Counted from the whole stretch's first letter, positions 24,563-38,233 are shown. The stretch: 63,891 bases of DNA, filler included, from Reticulomyxa filosa (GCA_000512085.1; 24 parts of 24 records of this genome joined end to end with filler, not necessarily neighbours in it), one strand, 5' to 3'. Numbers and translations: made by a program. The notes: a model not told the origin generated them from the sequence alone.

Positions 24563-27500
24563 TTATTTATACCATTTCTTGACAATTCTTTCAACTTCAG
24601 CATTCTGCTTGATTTCTGCGTTAATGGTAGTGCACATCTTCCTTGCCACAATCAATTCCTTTTCTAAACTTTCGATTTGCTTTTCCAAAAATTGTTTTTC
24701 ATTTTTTGTGTCTAAACATTCCATGACAAAGACCCAATCAAAGCAATATGAGCGCAGTTTACAAAACAAATATTTTTTTTTTGCAAAACGATAAACACCT
24801 GACAGCTGTAATTGAAGTCTATCTGCCAGTGCTTGCGTTTCAGCTTGCTTCAGACAGAGTTCTTTAATTTCGGCCTCTCTTTCACAAAGCTTGCTTTGGT
24901 TCGTAACATTACCAAAAAAATCCAATGAAAAATTGGAACTCAAAGAGAAAGCAGAAAAAAAACAACAGTAGGAACAAAAAAGAAACTAAACATAGAAACG
25001 CTTTCAAATTCTTTGGAAGTTTTCATTAGCACTCGGTTTCGGATTTGCGTATGGCGAAACTGTTGTTGCAGTTGCTCCATTTCCGCTTCCTTTTCTTTTA
25101 ACTTAGTTGTAAGTTCTTTTGCTTGCTTTTGTAGCACTCGAAATGCCGGCAAATCATATTTGTCAAATATAATGTTATCCTGTTTTTGTTATGATTGTTT
25201 GTTAATCCCTCAGTTGACATCACTTTCGTTATATAATTACAGATACGTATCCCTCACATAATACCATGTTATCTTGTTTGCTCATTTGGGAGGTTAATGT
25301 AAGTAATTTGTGTTTCAAATTGACATTCTTGACCGTTAGTGACTGATTTGTTTCTTGAAGTAGTTCAATTTTTTTATGTAGCAACACTATCTCTTTGTCG
25401 TATTCTCCAAAAATATCGCTGTAACATGGTTTCTGTGCTTTCAATCTTCGCAATTCTTCTGCCAACTTGCAATTTTCCAATCGCAAATTCGATATCTGTT
25501 TCATTGCGTTCATCAAAAAAAAAAGTTCATCCAATTGCAAATAAATGCAAAAAAATAATTAAAAAGGGATCAATTAACGTGCACATTTTTTGGGGGGGGG
25601 GGAGGATACACATTTGCTGCTGTCTCTTGCACCTCAAGTTCTAAGCAAGCCGCTTCGTCCATCTCTTGTGATGGGTCCATTAGATTCTCAACTTTTTCCA
25701 TCATACTTGCCGAATCATCTAATTCGGCACTTTGGCAATCTGATCCGCTTTTGCTTCTTGTGTCATGTTGATCGACTTCTGTTTCATAGTTTGCGTACTC
25801 ATCCGTCCTTGACGTTGTCTCATTTTCAATTTCTTCTTGTATTGTCTTCAATTGTTTTTCCGAATTAGCAATATGTGATCGTATTAATTGTCGATTTACT
25901 TTCTAGAGTTTTGTTGTATGTTTGTTTTTGTTGTTGCACAAAACCAATTGGAGCTACCAGTTTTTTTTTGAGATCATGATCACTGCTTTTTAACTGCATT
26001 TTGTTTTTGATCCATGGACATGAATAAATCCAGGTTTTCTTCTTCAGGGACACAGTACTACAAGCAAGTTTTTATTTTTATTTTTATTTGTTCTCCCCTT
26101 TACACGACTCAACAGAAATATCGAACTGATGAAGAAGATGCCGAGTGCCATTGGTGTGAAAAAGCATCAAAACTTAGCATTGTTGATGAGGGTACTAGTT
26201 CTTTTTTATTAAAACGTGTTTTTACACAAGGCACATGAATCGCAAGTGTTCTAAATTAATTTTGTTAAATCATTTTTTATACTTTAATTGCAAATCAAAA
26301 AATAAATCGTATTTTCTTTCATAAATGACAAAATGTTCAATTTATACCTCGAAAGGGCTTGAATTGTTCTCAAAGTGCTTTGATACTGTAGCAAATCATC
26401 GAAAACAAAGCCGATAAATAACGTTTCGCAATTATTTGTAATAATGGGTGCAATTACTTGATTTAATAAAGTTTCGTGAATAACACAATTCATGATATCA
26501 GTAGGATGCTTTATTGAAGCTTCTTCATGTTTATTTTTTTTGACATGCACTTTTGGACTAGATCTACTATTGCAAATAGAAGAATTGTGAGACGTTCGAG
26601 AGTGAATATTACAAAGAAAGTGTAGCATTTTGTTAAATGAGAACAAGTTTATATTTCTTTGTTTGTTTTGTTCTACTGTTTTTCGAGATATCATCGTTCT
26701 ATTAGAGGTACTTGAGTAATGGTATCCAACCAGGTCAATAAACTGTTCTGATATAAAAAAAATTCTTTTTGAATGTATTTTGGCTTTGTTTTGTTTTCCT
26801 AACATGTAAAGAAGCAACGGTGTTGTTAATGCAATCATATAATTTAAGTCTCACAAACATTGCAGCTTTGCTCGGACGTGTTGAAAAAACCTCTTCCTCT
26901 GTTCGGATACATTGTGTAGTGTTAAACAGTATTTTGGAGCGAGTGTCAAAAGGGCACATACATGAACTTTAAAAAATAAAAAAACAATACTGTTGATTTT
27001 TTCTGAATTCGTTTTACCTTTTTTGAAATTTGAGCTATTTTCTCGGCACATGTCCCAAACATAGCAAACTTCACTCCAGGTTGAGGTTTGGACAACTACG
27101 GGTTCAAAAGCGGTACTGCTCTTCGTCTTGTTGTTTCCTGAAAGATTAGCAGCCGAGGTAGACTTTTGCAATAGGTCTTTTATTTCATTACTGTTGTCTG
27201 AGATTTCCCAACAAGACAAGACGAGGACATATCGAAAAGATGGCTCTTCGTCGATTTTACGAAATATGTTTGCAACGACAGTCCCAAACAAACCGTCACA
27301 AGATAGAACTTGGGACCCATTTGGGTGGCCAAAAAGGAATGTGGTTTTGCCCGATTGGACCACACCATAAGTGACAATGTTTTGATTGAAGCCATCCAAC
27401 AAATTGGAGGTAATATCCGTTGCCATTTGTGCAAATATTCGTTCATTGGATACTGAAGAGTTGTAAAACCGACTAATTTCATAACTACGCGTGTCGTTCA

Positions 27501-27764
27501 AATTGGATGGGTTTTGTACCTTAATTGTTGTGTCGCTTTCTTCAAATCGTACTTTATCTGCACTTGTGCCATTAAATTGCAGGTCTTGGCTTCTACAAGA
27601 TAAAAGGGGAGATATTTAAATTTTAAAAAAATACGAAATGCAACCACAATTTCGGCAAACCTTATAAACACTAAAAAGTTTCCTAGTTTCACATTTCTGC
27701 TGCCCCCAAATGAGTTTAGCTCGTTTGTCAAATCCAACAATTCAGGATCTAGGCAATCATTCAT
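24563..27764 (-). CDS. Highly divergent kinesin-like protein (N-terminal motor domain plus coiled-coil tail), multi-exon
   Basis: NFLVFIR; LLDGFNQNIVTYGVVQSGKT (P-loop); LVLSCWEIS...IKDLL; ASLH|FIDLVG; NINLFSFNKML; ETLLNQVIAPIITNNCETLFIG...STLRTI. The motifs fall in kinesin order. A long heptad tail runs to the stop at 24563. Confidence 0.8.
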
Positions 27765-28458
27765 CAATGTGCAATATATGCAAGAGGCTTTTAAAAATGT
27801 TCCCACTGACGACTTTAATATCATATTATAACTCAGAATGTTAAAGAATCTGATGGGTTTTGTAGTTATTAATTGTTTGAATGATAAAAGTTTCAAATTA
27901 TAAATTTTAATTCCATTTCTCTCTATTTTCTGTTTAAAAAATTGAACAAAGTAAAACTTTTCTGGTTTTTTTCTCATTTCAAAATTTTGATTTTTTCTTA
28001 CAAAAAAAGAAATAAAAACAAGAAAGCAAAATGGTTAGTAAGTGTAAAAAAGATTTTCGTGTTTCACAAGAACTTTCATTATACTTTTAGAGTGCTGTTC
28101 TCCACATTTTAAACTTTTTTGAAATAGAGCCATAGAAAATTTGGAGTCGAATGACAACACTACCTCATGATCCAGTACAGATCCATCAGACGTACAAATA
28201 ACGCAAAAATAGCTCCCAGTTTCTACCAAAAGTCTTATTTAAATTTTAAATAGTTTGAAAATAATAGAGCGAAAGAAAGTTAAGACCATCACAAAAGACT
28301 TGCGTCATCTGGCAAAGTGCAGCACGATGTGCTTTCGTTTAAAAAATGTAGGTTACGCACGTGTTTAGTAAAAAACACAGAACTTGCAGCAAGTCAAGTA
28401 AACACAAAACACGCTCCACAAAAGGGCGCCAAAGCTACTGTCAGAAGCTGCATAAAAC

Positions 28459-29893
28459 ATGATCAAGTCAGATGAAGAGGATCTCACGTTATCCAGACGT
28501 TTTTCAATGGGTTCGCCCAGAACGGAGATCGTGTCAGATATCCAATTTGACCTGACTCAAAAATTCGCCCAGTACTTGCTCCCTTCCGACAAGACCAAAC
28601 TTGAGCGTCAGCTGGAGATGCAGTCAAATGAATTGCAAAAGCAGGTTTTTCATTTAAGACCTTTTTTGTGCACACATATGTCATGAACAAAAAAAAAATT
28701 ACAATATCAAAAACAAACAAAAAGTGGCAATTTTATCGTCATATTAGTGGACTGATTAAAGTAGCAGGTGAAACAACGGACGAAGCACATGCTCGTAATT
28801 GTACGAACAAAGCCTTGGGATACCTGAGCGTATTCAAAAAGCAAGTTGATGTAAACTTCCATGGACGAGCAGACGGATGGACGTATTTGCATTTGGCCTG
28901 TTATTTCGACAACGTGACCTTCCTTCGATTTATTCTATTGGTTTTCAAAAATATTGAAATTGATAGCTTGGATAAGTTTGGGCAAACTCCATTGGATTTG
29001 GCGGTTGAACGACAAAACAATGATGCCATTGCTGCTTTGGAAGCTTTCAAGGTTTTCTTTTTTTTTTTGTGACGTCCAATCTCTGAATCATATTTGAGAA
29101 CGAGGACGGTGTATTTATACATGCTATATGTATATGTACCAAAATTTTTTTTTTAATGTCTTTTGAAAGAACTCGAACGAAGAGAGTCGTGACATTGAAA
29201 GTTTCACCGAGGAATTTGAGATCCTTCAGTCAAAATACAAAGTGTTCAAGTCCACGTTAACTGACGTATACAATCAAGACCAAAAAAAAGTGGATGAATT
29301 TATGGGCACTTTGTGTGAAGTCATGAGTCGGTTGTTAGAGACAAGAAAGCCCTTTTCCGGAGATTTACTTTTCTTTGCAATGAGTCATGAATGCGAAAAC
29401 GCGAGTAATGTGGTGTTGTCGACAGAAGAGAATAAGGAAAAAGAAAAGAAAGAAGAAGAAGATAAACAAGTGGTTCATGTTGAACATGCATTAGATAAAA
29501 AGATTCAAGACATGTTGAATATCGAAACATTGTATGAAAACTGTTGTGATTACGTATGGTTGTCTGAAAATTTGTTGAAGAGCCCCATCTGGTTGCTTAA
29601 GAAAGCCAGCAGCGACTTAAAAGCGACGAGCAATAACTCCAAAGGCTTGTATGACGGTATGGTGTCTCGAGCAAAGAGCGAACAACGAAAAGATCAGTCC
29701 TCGTTGCAAATGGATGTCCGGGCCATTGCTAACAATGATCTCGAAAGCTATCGCGCAATTGTGAACTTCAACGTGCGCAATTCCAAGCATGTAACCAAAG
29801 AACAACAGCGACAAGATAAGATCGTGTATGGAATCAAAGGTGAATTGACCGAGTCTGAATTGGCTTATGTGTCACTGTACAGGTTTGTTTTCA

Positions 29894-29925
<32 letters not shown>

Positions 29926-32002
29926 GTCAATAACCAACGTAAAATGTCTAAAGCTGTCTGTGCACTAATCCGATATACTCTTTGACAGCACTGACATGCT
30001 TTTCAACGCTTCTCAAATGTACGATTTGGACACATATTTGTCGCAATTGTTGCTGCGCGCTCATATTTTGAATACCCCATTTCAGCAAACCGTGCTGTCG
30101 TTGTTCGACAAGAACTCGGATCACGCCAATGGAAAAAATGTGTGGGTTGAGTTTGGTCCCGTCAAAAAAGTCAAGCGCTGTCGTGAAAAGGCTGAGTTGG
30201 AATGTATGTAACATGTGTTGTGTATTATTGCTTTGGCTTTATTAAAGGGCTAAATCGGGATCAAATTAAATAAACAGACAATGGGTTCCCATTCCCGACC
30301 AGTGCTCATTTGTTGGATTTGCTGAGATGCACGTTGATATTTGACAACTTTAAAGACATGCTAAAGGGTATTCACACGCTTTTGACTTATTGCAAAAAGT
30401 ATGAACATGTCGTCAATCGTAAACACCTTTCGACAAAGTCTTTGGTCAAATTCTCCATTTTGCGCGTAAAAAATGGATTCAAAGGGTACATTGACACTGT
30501 GATGAAAAAAAGAAAAACTTCTAAAACAGATATTCAAACGACGTCACAAGAAGAAAAAAAAGAAGAGTTGATTGTTCCTGATCGTCTCTGTGATATCAAG
30601 TTTAACATCATTGTTACCTTGTTTGACGAAGATTCCAAGCCTATCAGTTTGATTGGTGAAGTTAAGAGATCAAACCAACAAAAAATTTTTTTTTATTGGT
30701 TTGGTTTGTTTACGTGCTTTCAAATTGAGCCTAATGTTGGAATAGATTCAAGTGCTACTACAACGAATGGCACAACACAAAGCCAGAATTCACGAGTTGT
30801 ATGAAGTCGAACGTATCGAAAGCTTTTTCATCAAGTGCGATGAAAAGATAAAGTCAAAGTCCATTGAAAAAAAAATATCCATGGCTGGCATTCGAGCTCC
30901 ACTCTTGGCGCCTTTGATCGTCAATCATCCGTTCCAATTTCAAGACTTTTTGATCAAGCATCTTGTTCAGCAATCATCCAGCCAAAATGATGACGAAAAC
31001 AAAGTTTACATTTTTTAATTTTCATTTGAAGAAAAAAAACACACATTACAGCTGTGGTTTATTTATACAGCAAGAAAATTTCTTATTAAAAATGCTTAAA
31101 CAACCATCTCTTCAATCGAATTTATTAGACAATATGCTATCCTTGATTCCAGAACAACGAATTCCAGGATTGTTGCTGCTACGCGATAATGTATGTTTGT
31201 TTTGCCACTTTTCAAAATATATGGAGGGTGGTACATATCCAAAAATTGGTTATATATACGTATGTGCGAGCAGGATCAACGAACGACGCTACATTATGTG
31301 TGCTACTATCAATCAAAAAGTAATATTGAAGTTTTTGTAAATATATGCCGAAAGCAAGCAAATCCTTCTGGATGGCAACAGATCGACTCCATAACATTCC
31401 GGTGATGTTGGCTTTCAATGCTAACAAAAATACTCCAAGTATTGGAGCATTGTTAAGATGTATGCCCGTCGATATCGATTTTTGGAATTGTCGAGATTCT
31501 GATGGACGAAATGCTTTGGCTTGTGCATTTCATCAGCGCTATGACTTGATCAAAATTTTAGAAGAAATTCCCAAAACGTTGTCTGACGAAGAGTGGTTTT
31601 GGAAATGTACTGTGAATCCTCAAGTTGATTTTGAAATTTTTTCTCTCTTTTTTTTCCTCGAATAATGCTATATTTGTATCCAAAAAAAATGTATCTTAGA
31701 ACTCCGAAAATCCTCTGCATTTGGTGTTTAAGTATCTATTTCGAACAAATCCAATTGAACCCTTAAAGCCTTTGCTGAAAATACTACCAAAATCGGTGTT
31801 TGTTGCTTTCGTAAATCAGAAAAATCGAGTTTTGGAATGAAAAATACTGTTTTTTATTCTTATTTTGTGTTCATTATTGAATATATACAAATATCTTATT
31901 TTTTATTTTGGTGAATAGGAGGGTAGGACACCTTTGGCTTTGGAAAAGGAAAAAAATATAACAATACTGGAGGATCACCTCAAAAATATCGAAAAAGCTT
32001 GA
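28459..32002 (+). CDS. Ankyrin - RelA/SpoT-like nucleotidyltransferase - ankyrin protein (multi-exon)
   Basis: N-terminal ANK (DGWTYLHLAC; FGQTPLDLAV). Spliced core GPVKKVKRCREKAELE|YNGFPFPTSAHLLDLLRCTLIF...ILRVKNGF...DIKFNIIV...LIGE|IQVLLQRMAQHKARIHELYEVER. C-terminal ANK-like units (QRTTLHYVC, GRNALACAF, ENPLHLVF, GRTPLAL). Stop TGA at 32000-32002. Start codon uncertain. Confidence 0.78.
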
Positions 32003-35000
32003 TCAGCGCATGTTTTTATGTTTGCACTATTAAAAAATATTAGTACTGACATTGACAGTCTCAGGCGTTGTGTTTTACTATCTCAACAAAGTGGTAGACA
32101 GTTAATTGAATAATGCTGCCTACCATCTTGTTAGTGAATGAAATAGATTAAACATGTTACCCTTTGTTTACATTATGCTGATACCAAAGTAAAACAAAAT
32201 GAGAATTCTGTAGTTGAAATCTGTGTCTTCTTAATTCCGTTAATCCTTAGGCAACATTAAAAAAGAACAAAAGATAAATACTATTGGCAAGTAAGGCTCA
32301 AATTTGATATGAAAATTTTTGTCCCACGAATTAAATTTCAAGTTAGTTAAAAAGGCTATACAGTCGAGTATATTCTAACTTGTCAGTAATCTTTGCATAA
32401 TTGAAAAATAGAGTGCTTATAGTCTCTAAACAGAAACACAAAAGAATTGGGCAGATTGGAGAGCATGTAATAAAAAAACTCATTAACATTTGAGAATATC
32501 TTTGTTCGTCAATTTACATTCATGAATCAATCACTGTTTGCAGAACTCTTGAATTTTTTTTTCCAAAGCAACAGGATTTGCACCCAGCAGAGCAGCCACT
32601 GACTTTCCGTTTTTAATAAATTCAAACGTCTATGATTTGTGTTTGAAAAGTCAATTGTGGATGTGCACATAAAATGTCTGTTTGTCACAAAAGAAAAAAN
32701 NNNNNNNNNNNNNNNNNNNNNNNNNNNNNNNNNNNNNNNNNNNTTAATTAATTAANNNNNNNNNNNNNNNNNNNNNNNNNNNNNNNNNNNNNNNNNNNNA
32801 TTTTTAAAAACAGGTTCAAAAAAATTAAAAAATGACCCACAAGCTCAAGAAAATGACCCACAATAGTAAATCTTAGTGAATATTCCTTTGCAACATTTCT
32901 ATACAAAATAGTCACTTTGAAAGTTGATATAATACTAATTATTTTGCTCTTCTTGTCATTTCTTTTCTTTGTTTTCACGCGTTGTCAAACAAAAAAAAGG
33001 AAAAAAGTTCCTTTTTTGAAAACTGTCATCAATTTTTTGATAAATTGTGAATTTTATATATTGATTGTTTATGCATATCTTAAATGCAAAAACATGATTT
33101 TGATTGTTAAATATTAGTATTGATTATATGAAATACCAAAATTTGTATGATTGATATTTTTTACTTCATCCGACTGAGGAACAGTTTTCTTTGATTCAAT
33201 TACAAACAAAAAACGACAATGGGAGTTCTAGTATTTTTAGATTGGAATCACTATGTGAGATAACAAAAAAAAATACTTGTCACAAAAAAAAATCTAGATC
33301 CTTTCTTCTATTCAATATATATTTTTTTTTGAACAAACTGATAAAAGAGTTCAACGATTTTTTTAACAATTACAAAAATACGATTGATGTATCAAAACAT
33401 TTTTTGATTAAAACTGGGACATAAATGTTGCTTTAATTCAACTTTTTTGGTTATATTTATCAAAAAAACTATTTTAAGCAGGCTTAATTAGAAATCTGCA
33501 CATTAGAACAGTTCATTGCAAACTTTAATTTGATCAATAGCAGCCCTATCGTTTTCTTTGAACAGAACTTAGTTATGAGATATCAATCAGTAAACAAAGA
33601 AAAACATATCATTTTCTATGTTATCACCTAACAAGTACTTTTCCAAAGACGATGTATTTTTTTGTTCAAGTCACATCCATCATCGATGGAAAGTACTGAC
33701 AATCATTGCTTAAGAGAAAAACAATAATTTACATCAAATGACTATGCAGAGTCAAGAGAAAGTATTGTTATTAAATAAGCAGTTATTTCGCAACATACAA
33801 ATGTCAATTACTCCATTTTTCACTTAATTATCAAAATTATTTGCGTATATTCTTTATTAATTCATTAAATGATTTTTTATTAATGTAAAATCATTTATGA
33901 TTGGATTGCAATCCTTGAAAATCGTGTTACTTTTTCGTTGTTACAATGTATAGACACTTCTTCTTGTTAAAGCATGTCTCCTTTATCGCTAATCAGCTTA
34001 GACTCGCGTTTGAAATTGGCTTCGTCCAACAAATAAACTTCTTCCTGTATTTACAATACAAGTTTTTCATTTCAATACTGAGTCAAAATAATTCATACTT
34101 TGATGCTTTTGAAATAAAGTTTTTATGGGAAATATATTTGGAATTTGTCCTGTATCAGCACGCATGCTGATCATTTTCATGTTTGTACGAACACGAGTGT
34201 ATAATTTACATAACGAAGAGTCCAATTGCAAAATACACATACGAAGTACAAGAATTATATTTGCATATCTTACAGTATGAGATGTTTTTGATATAGAACT
34301 GCTATCACTGTTTCTTTTTCAAAAAAATATATTCTATTAAACAGACATTTTCTNNNNNNNNNNNNNNNNNNNNNNNNNNNNNNNNNNNNNNNNNNNNTTA
34401 ATTAATTAANNNNNNNNNNNNNNNNNNNNNNNNNNNNNNNNNNNNNNNNNNNNCAAACAGCATACCAACAGCAACTCTTTTCTTAAAAGCAATTAAACGT
34501 ATCATTATTTTAAATATCAAAATTTTGAAATATCAATTAAAAATATCAACAATAAAGAAAATTAGCAACAAAAAAAAAATTTAATATTTAAAAACTACAA
34601 GATTAGTAGATATTTTTTTAAAAAAATTAGGTTTAAATCTTTATTTTTCATGGAGAAAATCGATTCTCTTCATATACTGCCATTTAGATATGCCGGTTTT
34701 TTTTGCAATCTACTGTATTATCTTTAACTTTGCTTATTTTCTTGAAAAATAATAATATGTACAAACTTACTTATATAATCAAATTTTCTTACTAATTTTT
34801 TATTTGTGTGAAACATATTTTTTCAACATTTTCAAATAATTATAAAATAGATCATATTCAATGAAAAGGCAAGCATTTACAAAAGATAATTAATGTAAAC
34901 TCCAATTTCTTTTTTGACAAAGAAAATTATATCTATCATTTTGTATTTTTTGATTTTATCATTACAGATTGTGTTTACAATTAGCAACTGTTGCAAAAGA

Positions 35001-36602
35001 CTCAAGCAATTGCAGACAAATAATAAAAAAAATGGAATCATTATCTTTTTGACAAAATTTCTGCTAACATTTTGTCGCAAATGTATTCGTGCATAATATC
35101 GAAATTTTTGTCCGCATTATTGCATTTGTTGCCGATATTTTCTTCAAAAATTTAGCTAAACGAGTGTGCAAAACTTATGCTGTTGTGATATGATAAACTT
35201 CAAAAATTGTCAGGAATAGATATGAATGAATTAAATGTTTGACAGATCATTATTCATTGTAAAAAAAAATTTTATCAATAACTTTTGAGGGACTTGTTCC
35301 AGTTAGACTTTTCACATTAATTTTGCTGTTTTCATCCACTTTTTTTTTCCTCTTTGCCACATAGACACACAGAAACATATAAATCAAAAAAATGTTGCTC
35401 CAGTTGAACACATTTACAAAAAAAACAAGAGTACTTTCAAAGAATGACATTCAATTTCAATAAGGAATACAAAAAATAATCAAACTAAAATTCTGTTGAA
35501 AAAAGTAAAGATAAGTTCAGACGTCCAAAAGGGTGCTCAAAAAGGGGTTGGTTCCATTTTTTTAAGTTTTTTACTTGTCATGTTTGTACTCCTTTCAAAC
35601 ATTTGGGCAGTGAACAGTAACTACTTTATTCTTAGGACATTAAGAAAGTCCCTTGCAATGACAAAGTGAAAATCAGTCAATCAGTTTGTTATCGTTCTTT
35701 CAAAACTTATTGATTATATATAATTACTTCGAACATTTAGTTTTTGTTTGGAAGTCCATATTTGCAAATTTCTGATTTCTTTGACCGCTCCAGAGGCTTT
35801 GTATCGCATGGATGAAACGAAAAAACAATTGTCACTGTCAACTTACTTGTAGGTGCATGTCTTGTTTGTACAAAAATATCAAAGCAGTTGTTTGGTCAGC
35901 ACTAAGTGCACAAAAAGAAATACTGTGTTTGACAGTCATCAATTCCGATTGATTAAAATAACTGTTCAAAAAACTCTTTTTTTTCCAAGTCAAGTCGCAT
36001 AAAAAAAGTCTCTACAGAAAAAACTTAAATCTATTCGTCTTTTTAAACACAAATTTGACTAAACGTTTTAATTTTTATCTTAGATTTTTTCTTGGCTACG
36101 CACAACCCAACAGTTGACGACTGGTCCGTCAAATGTCACAGAAAGATACTCCTTCAAGCAGGTCATGCTTTGCTGAGATTATCCGGAAAATTGGCTGATG
36201 TAACATACAAGTTCTGCATTCGATTGATGTACATGTTTTCCAAATAGTAAGTTGTTTGGAAGTTTAAAAGGTCACTAAAAATTTACAATATGATATTCTG
36301 ATATTGCCAATACCATGTTAGCAATAGCAAGAAAAATCTTTTAAACAGTTATTTTTGTATGTATAGCTACATATTGAAGCAGCCAAAGTCTTGGAAATTT
36401 CAGAAAATTACTTTATAAAAACGTTAAACATTGCTGAAAACTTGGCAAAATAATGAAATAACACTGTTTACCATTTTTGTTAACTGTTTTTGAAAATGGT
36501 TTCTTTCTACCAGTTTACACTTAAGTTATATGTTACCAACAAAAAGAGCCTTTTTCGAACTTCATATGGTGTATATTGAAAAGTTCCAATCATCTTCCAA
36601 CA

Positions 36603-37493
36603 ATGCAGGACGAACTTCTTCTTCAGGAAGGAAAATCAAAAAAAAAATCAATTCTATCTCTTGCGGCTGACGTTATGGTAATATTAGCATTTTTTTTTTT
36701 TGACAAGTGTCCTTTCAACCAAAGAACATTTTAAGTTGAGGGATTGGATTTTGAAACAATTAATATTTTTCAGTTGGCCGGAGCTTGGTGTTGTGTCTTA
36801 ATTGCCTTGATTGTCGATTCAATTGCCACAGCTTCTCTAAAGTTTTCTGAAGCAGGCATCACATACGAATATGACTACGTTAGGTGCTCAATACAAAATT
36901 ATTGAAAAGAAAAAGGGCGAAAGTGATCCCTCTTTTTTTTAAAAAATAGGGGGTACGTCATATAAACATGTGCAAATATAAATGCAATAGATTTGTGGGT
37001 GGAAAACCGCAAGAGACTCTGATTCAGATGCAACCTATCAATCATGTTGCGATAATGATAATTACTGTTGCGAAATGCAAGCGCAAGGGAAGACATGGCT
37101 GGGATTTGGCATTATAGCTCTCACAATAGGGCTGGCGGCAATAATTGGAAAACTACGAATACGATATCAGTACCAAAACAACCCATTGCTTGTGCTCTCC
37201 GGGTATATCATCTTTTGCATTTGTTTGGTAGTCCCTGCCATTGTCACAGCCGCTGGAAATCAGTGCGATCAAAATTGTTATGATGGATCTGATAGTGCTA
37301 CGGAATATTCTTGCCACCAGTACATGGGAGTGTATGTTTTTTTTTCAAACAAAAAAAAAAAAAAAAAATAGGGTAGGGCACGGTATGAAATGGACTTTTT
37401 TTTTTTTATGCTGTTCACAGATCATGGATACTGATAGTGTTGGGACTAGGTTTTGGTATTATTGCCACTATTGGAACTATAATTACAAAATAA
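36603..37493 (+). CDS. Four-TM claudin/PMP22-superfamily-like membrane protein (4 exons)
   Basis: Spliced product MQDELL...ADVM|LAGAWCCVLIALIVDSIA...YDY|ICGWKT...CCDNDNYCCEMQAQGKTWLGFGIIALTIGLAAIIG...LVLSGYIIFCICLVVPAIV...MGV|SWILIVLGLGFGIIATIGTIITK*. Four hydrophobic helices, a Cys-rich first loop and GxSW before TM4. Confidence 0.62.
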
Positions 37494-38233
37494 ATATACT
37501 CTTCGCACATACCCTCTTTTTTTAAAAAATTGGATGATGAAGCAAATTTTTTAACAATAAACTGTTAATTTCAATTGTTTTTGTGATGATAATTTTTTTT
37601 TTAGAAATTAATGGGAAAAAGTGGTAGACTTTTGACAAAATTACACAAAACAATATTGATTTTGCTCAAGTGAAGCTTGAACTTCTATCTAATTTGTCTT
37701 CTTTCCGCTCAATATCTTTTCCTTTTTTTTGGTCTATGCTGCGTCTTTGCAGCTGATAAAGGACAAAAGCAAATGAATTTTACATCTTGCTTTTGCTTTG
37801 TTGTTGAATGTAATCTGACGCAAATGAACAAGCAAAAACAACACTTGTCTTGCGTAAAATTTGCAAAGATTAAGTACGAGAACCGTTACAAGAGCTTTGA
37901 GACAGAGAGTCAGTATTGGCAGACCCTTTTTTACTCCTTCCTGCAAAAGACTTTTTTTTGAGAGAAAAAAGGGGTCTAAACTATATGCAATCGTACACGT
38001 ACAAAAAATAAACAAGACAATGATGATATTTCCCAGTTTATCAAGGAAAGCGTTTGAATATTTTTTTTAAGAGACGGATTCAAATTGTTTATAGAGTTAT
38101 TGTTACTTTCGTTTTCTCAAGTAGACCAGAAAAAGGTTTTAAAATTTTTTCCCCTCGAATTATAGGCATTAAAAAGATAAGCTATTATTTACAGCACACT
38201 GATAGACACTGAGAAGGGAAGCAATAAAAGTAA

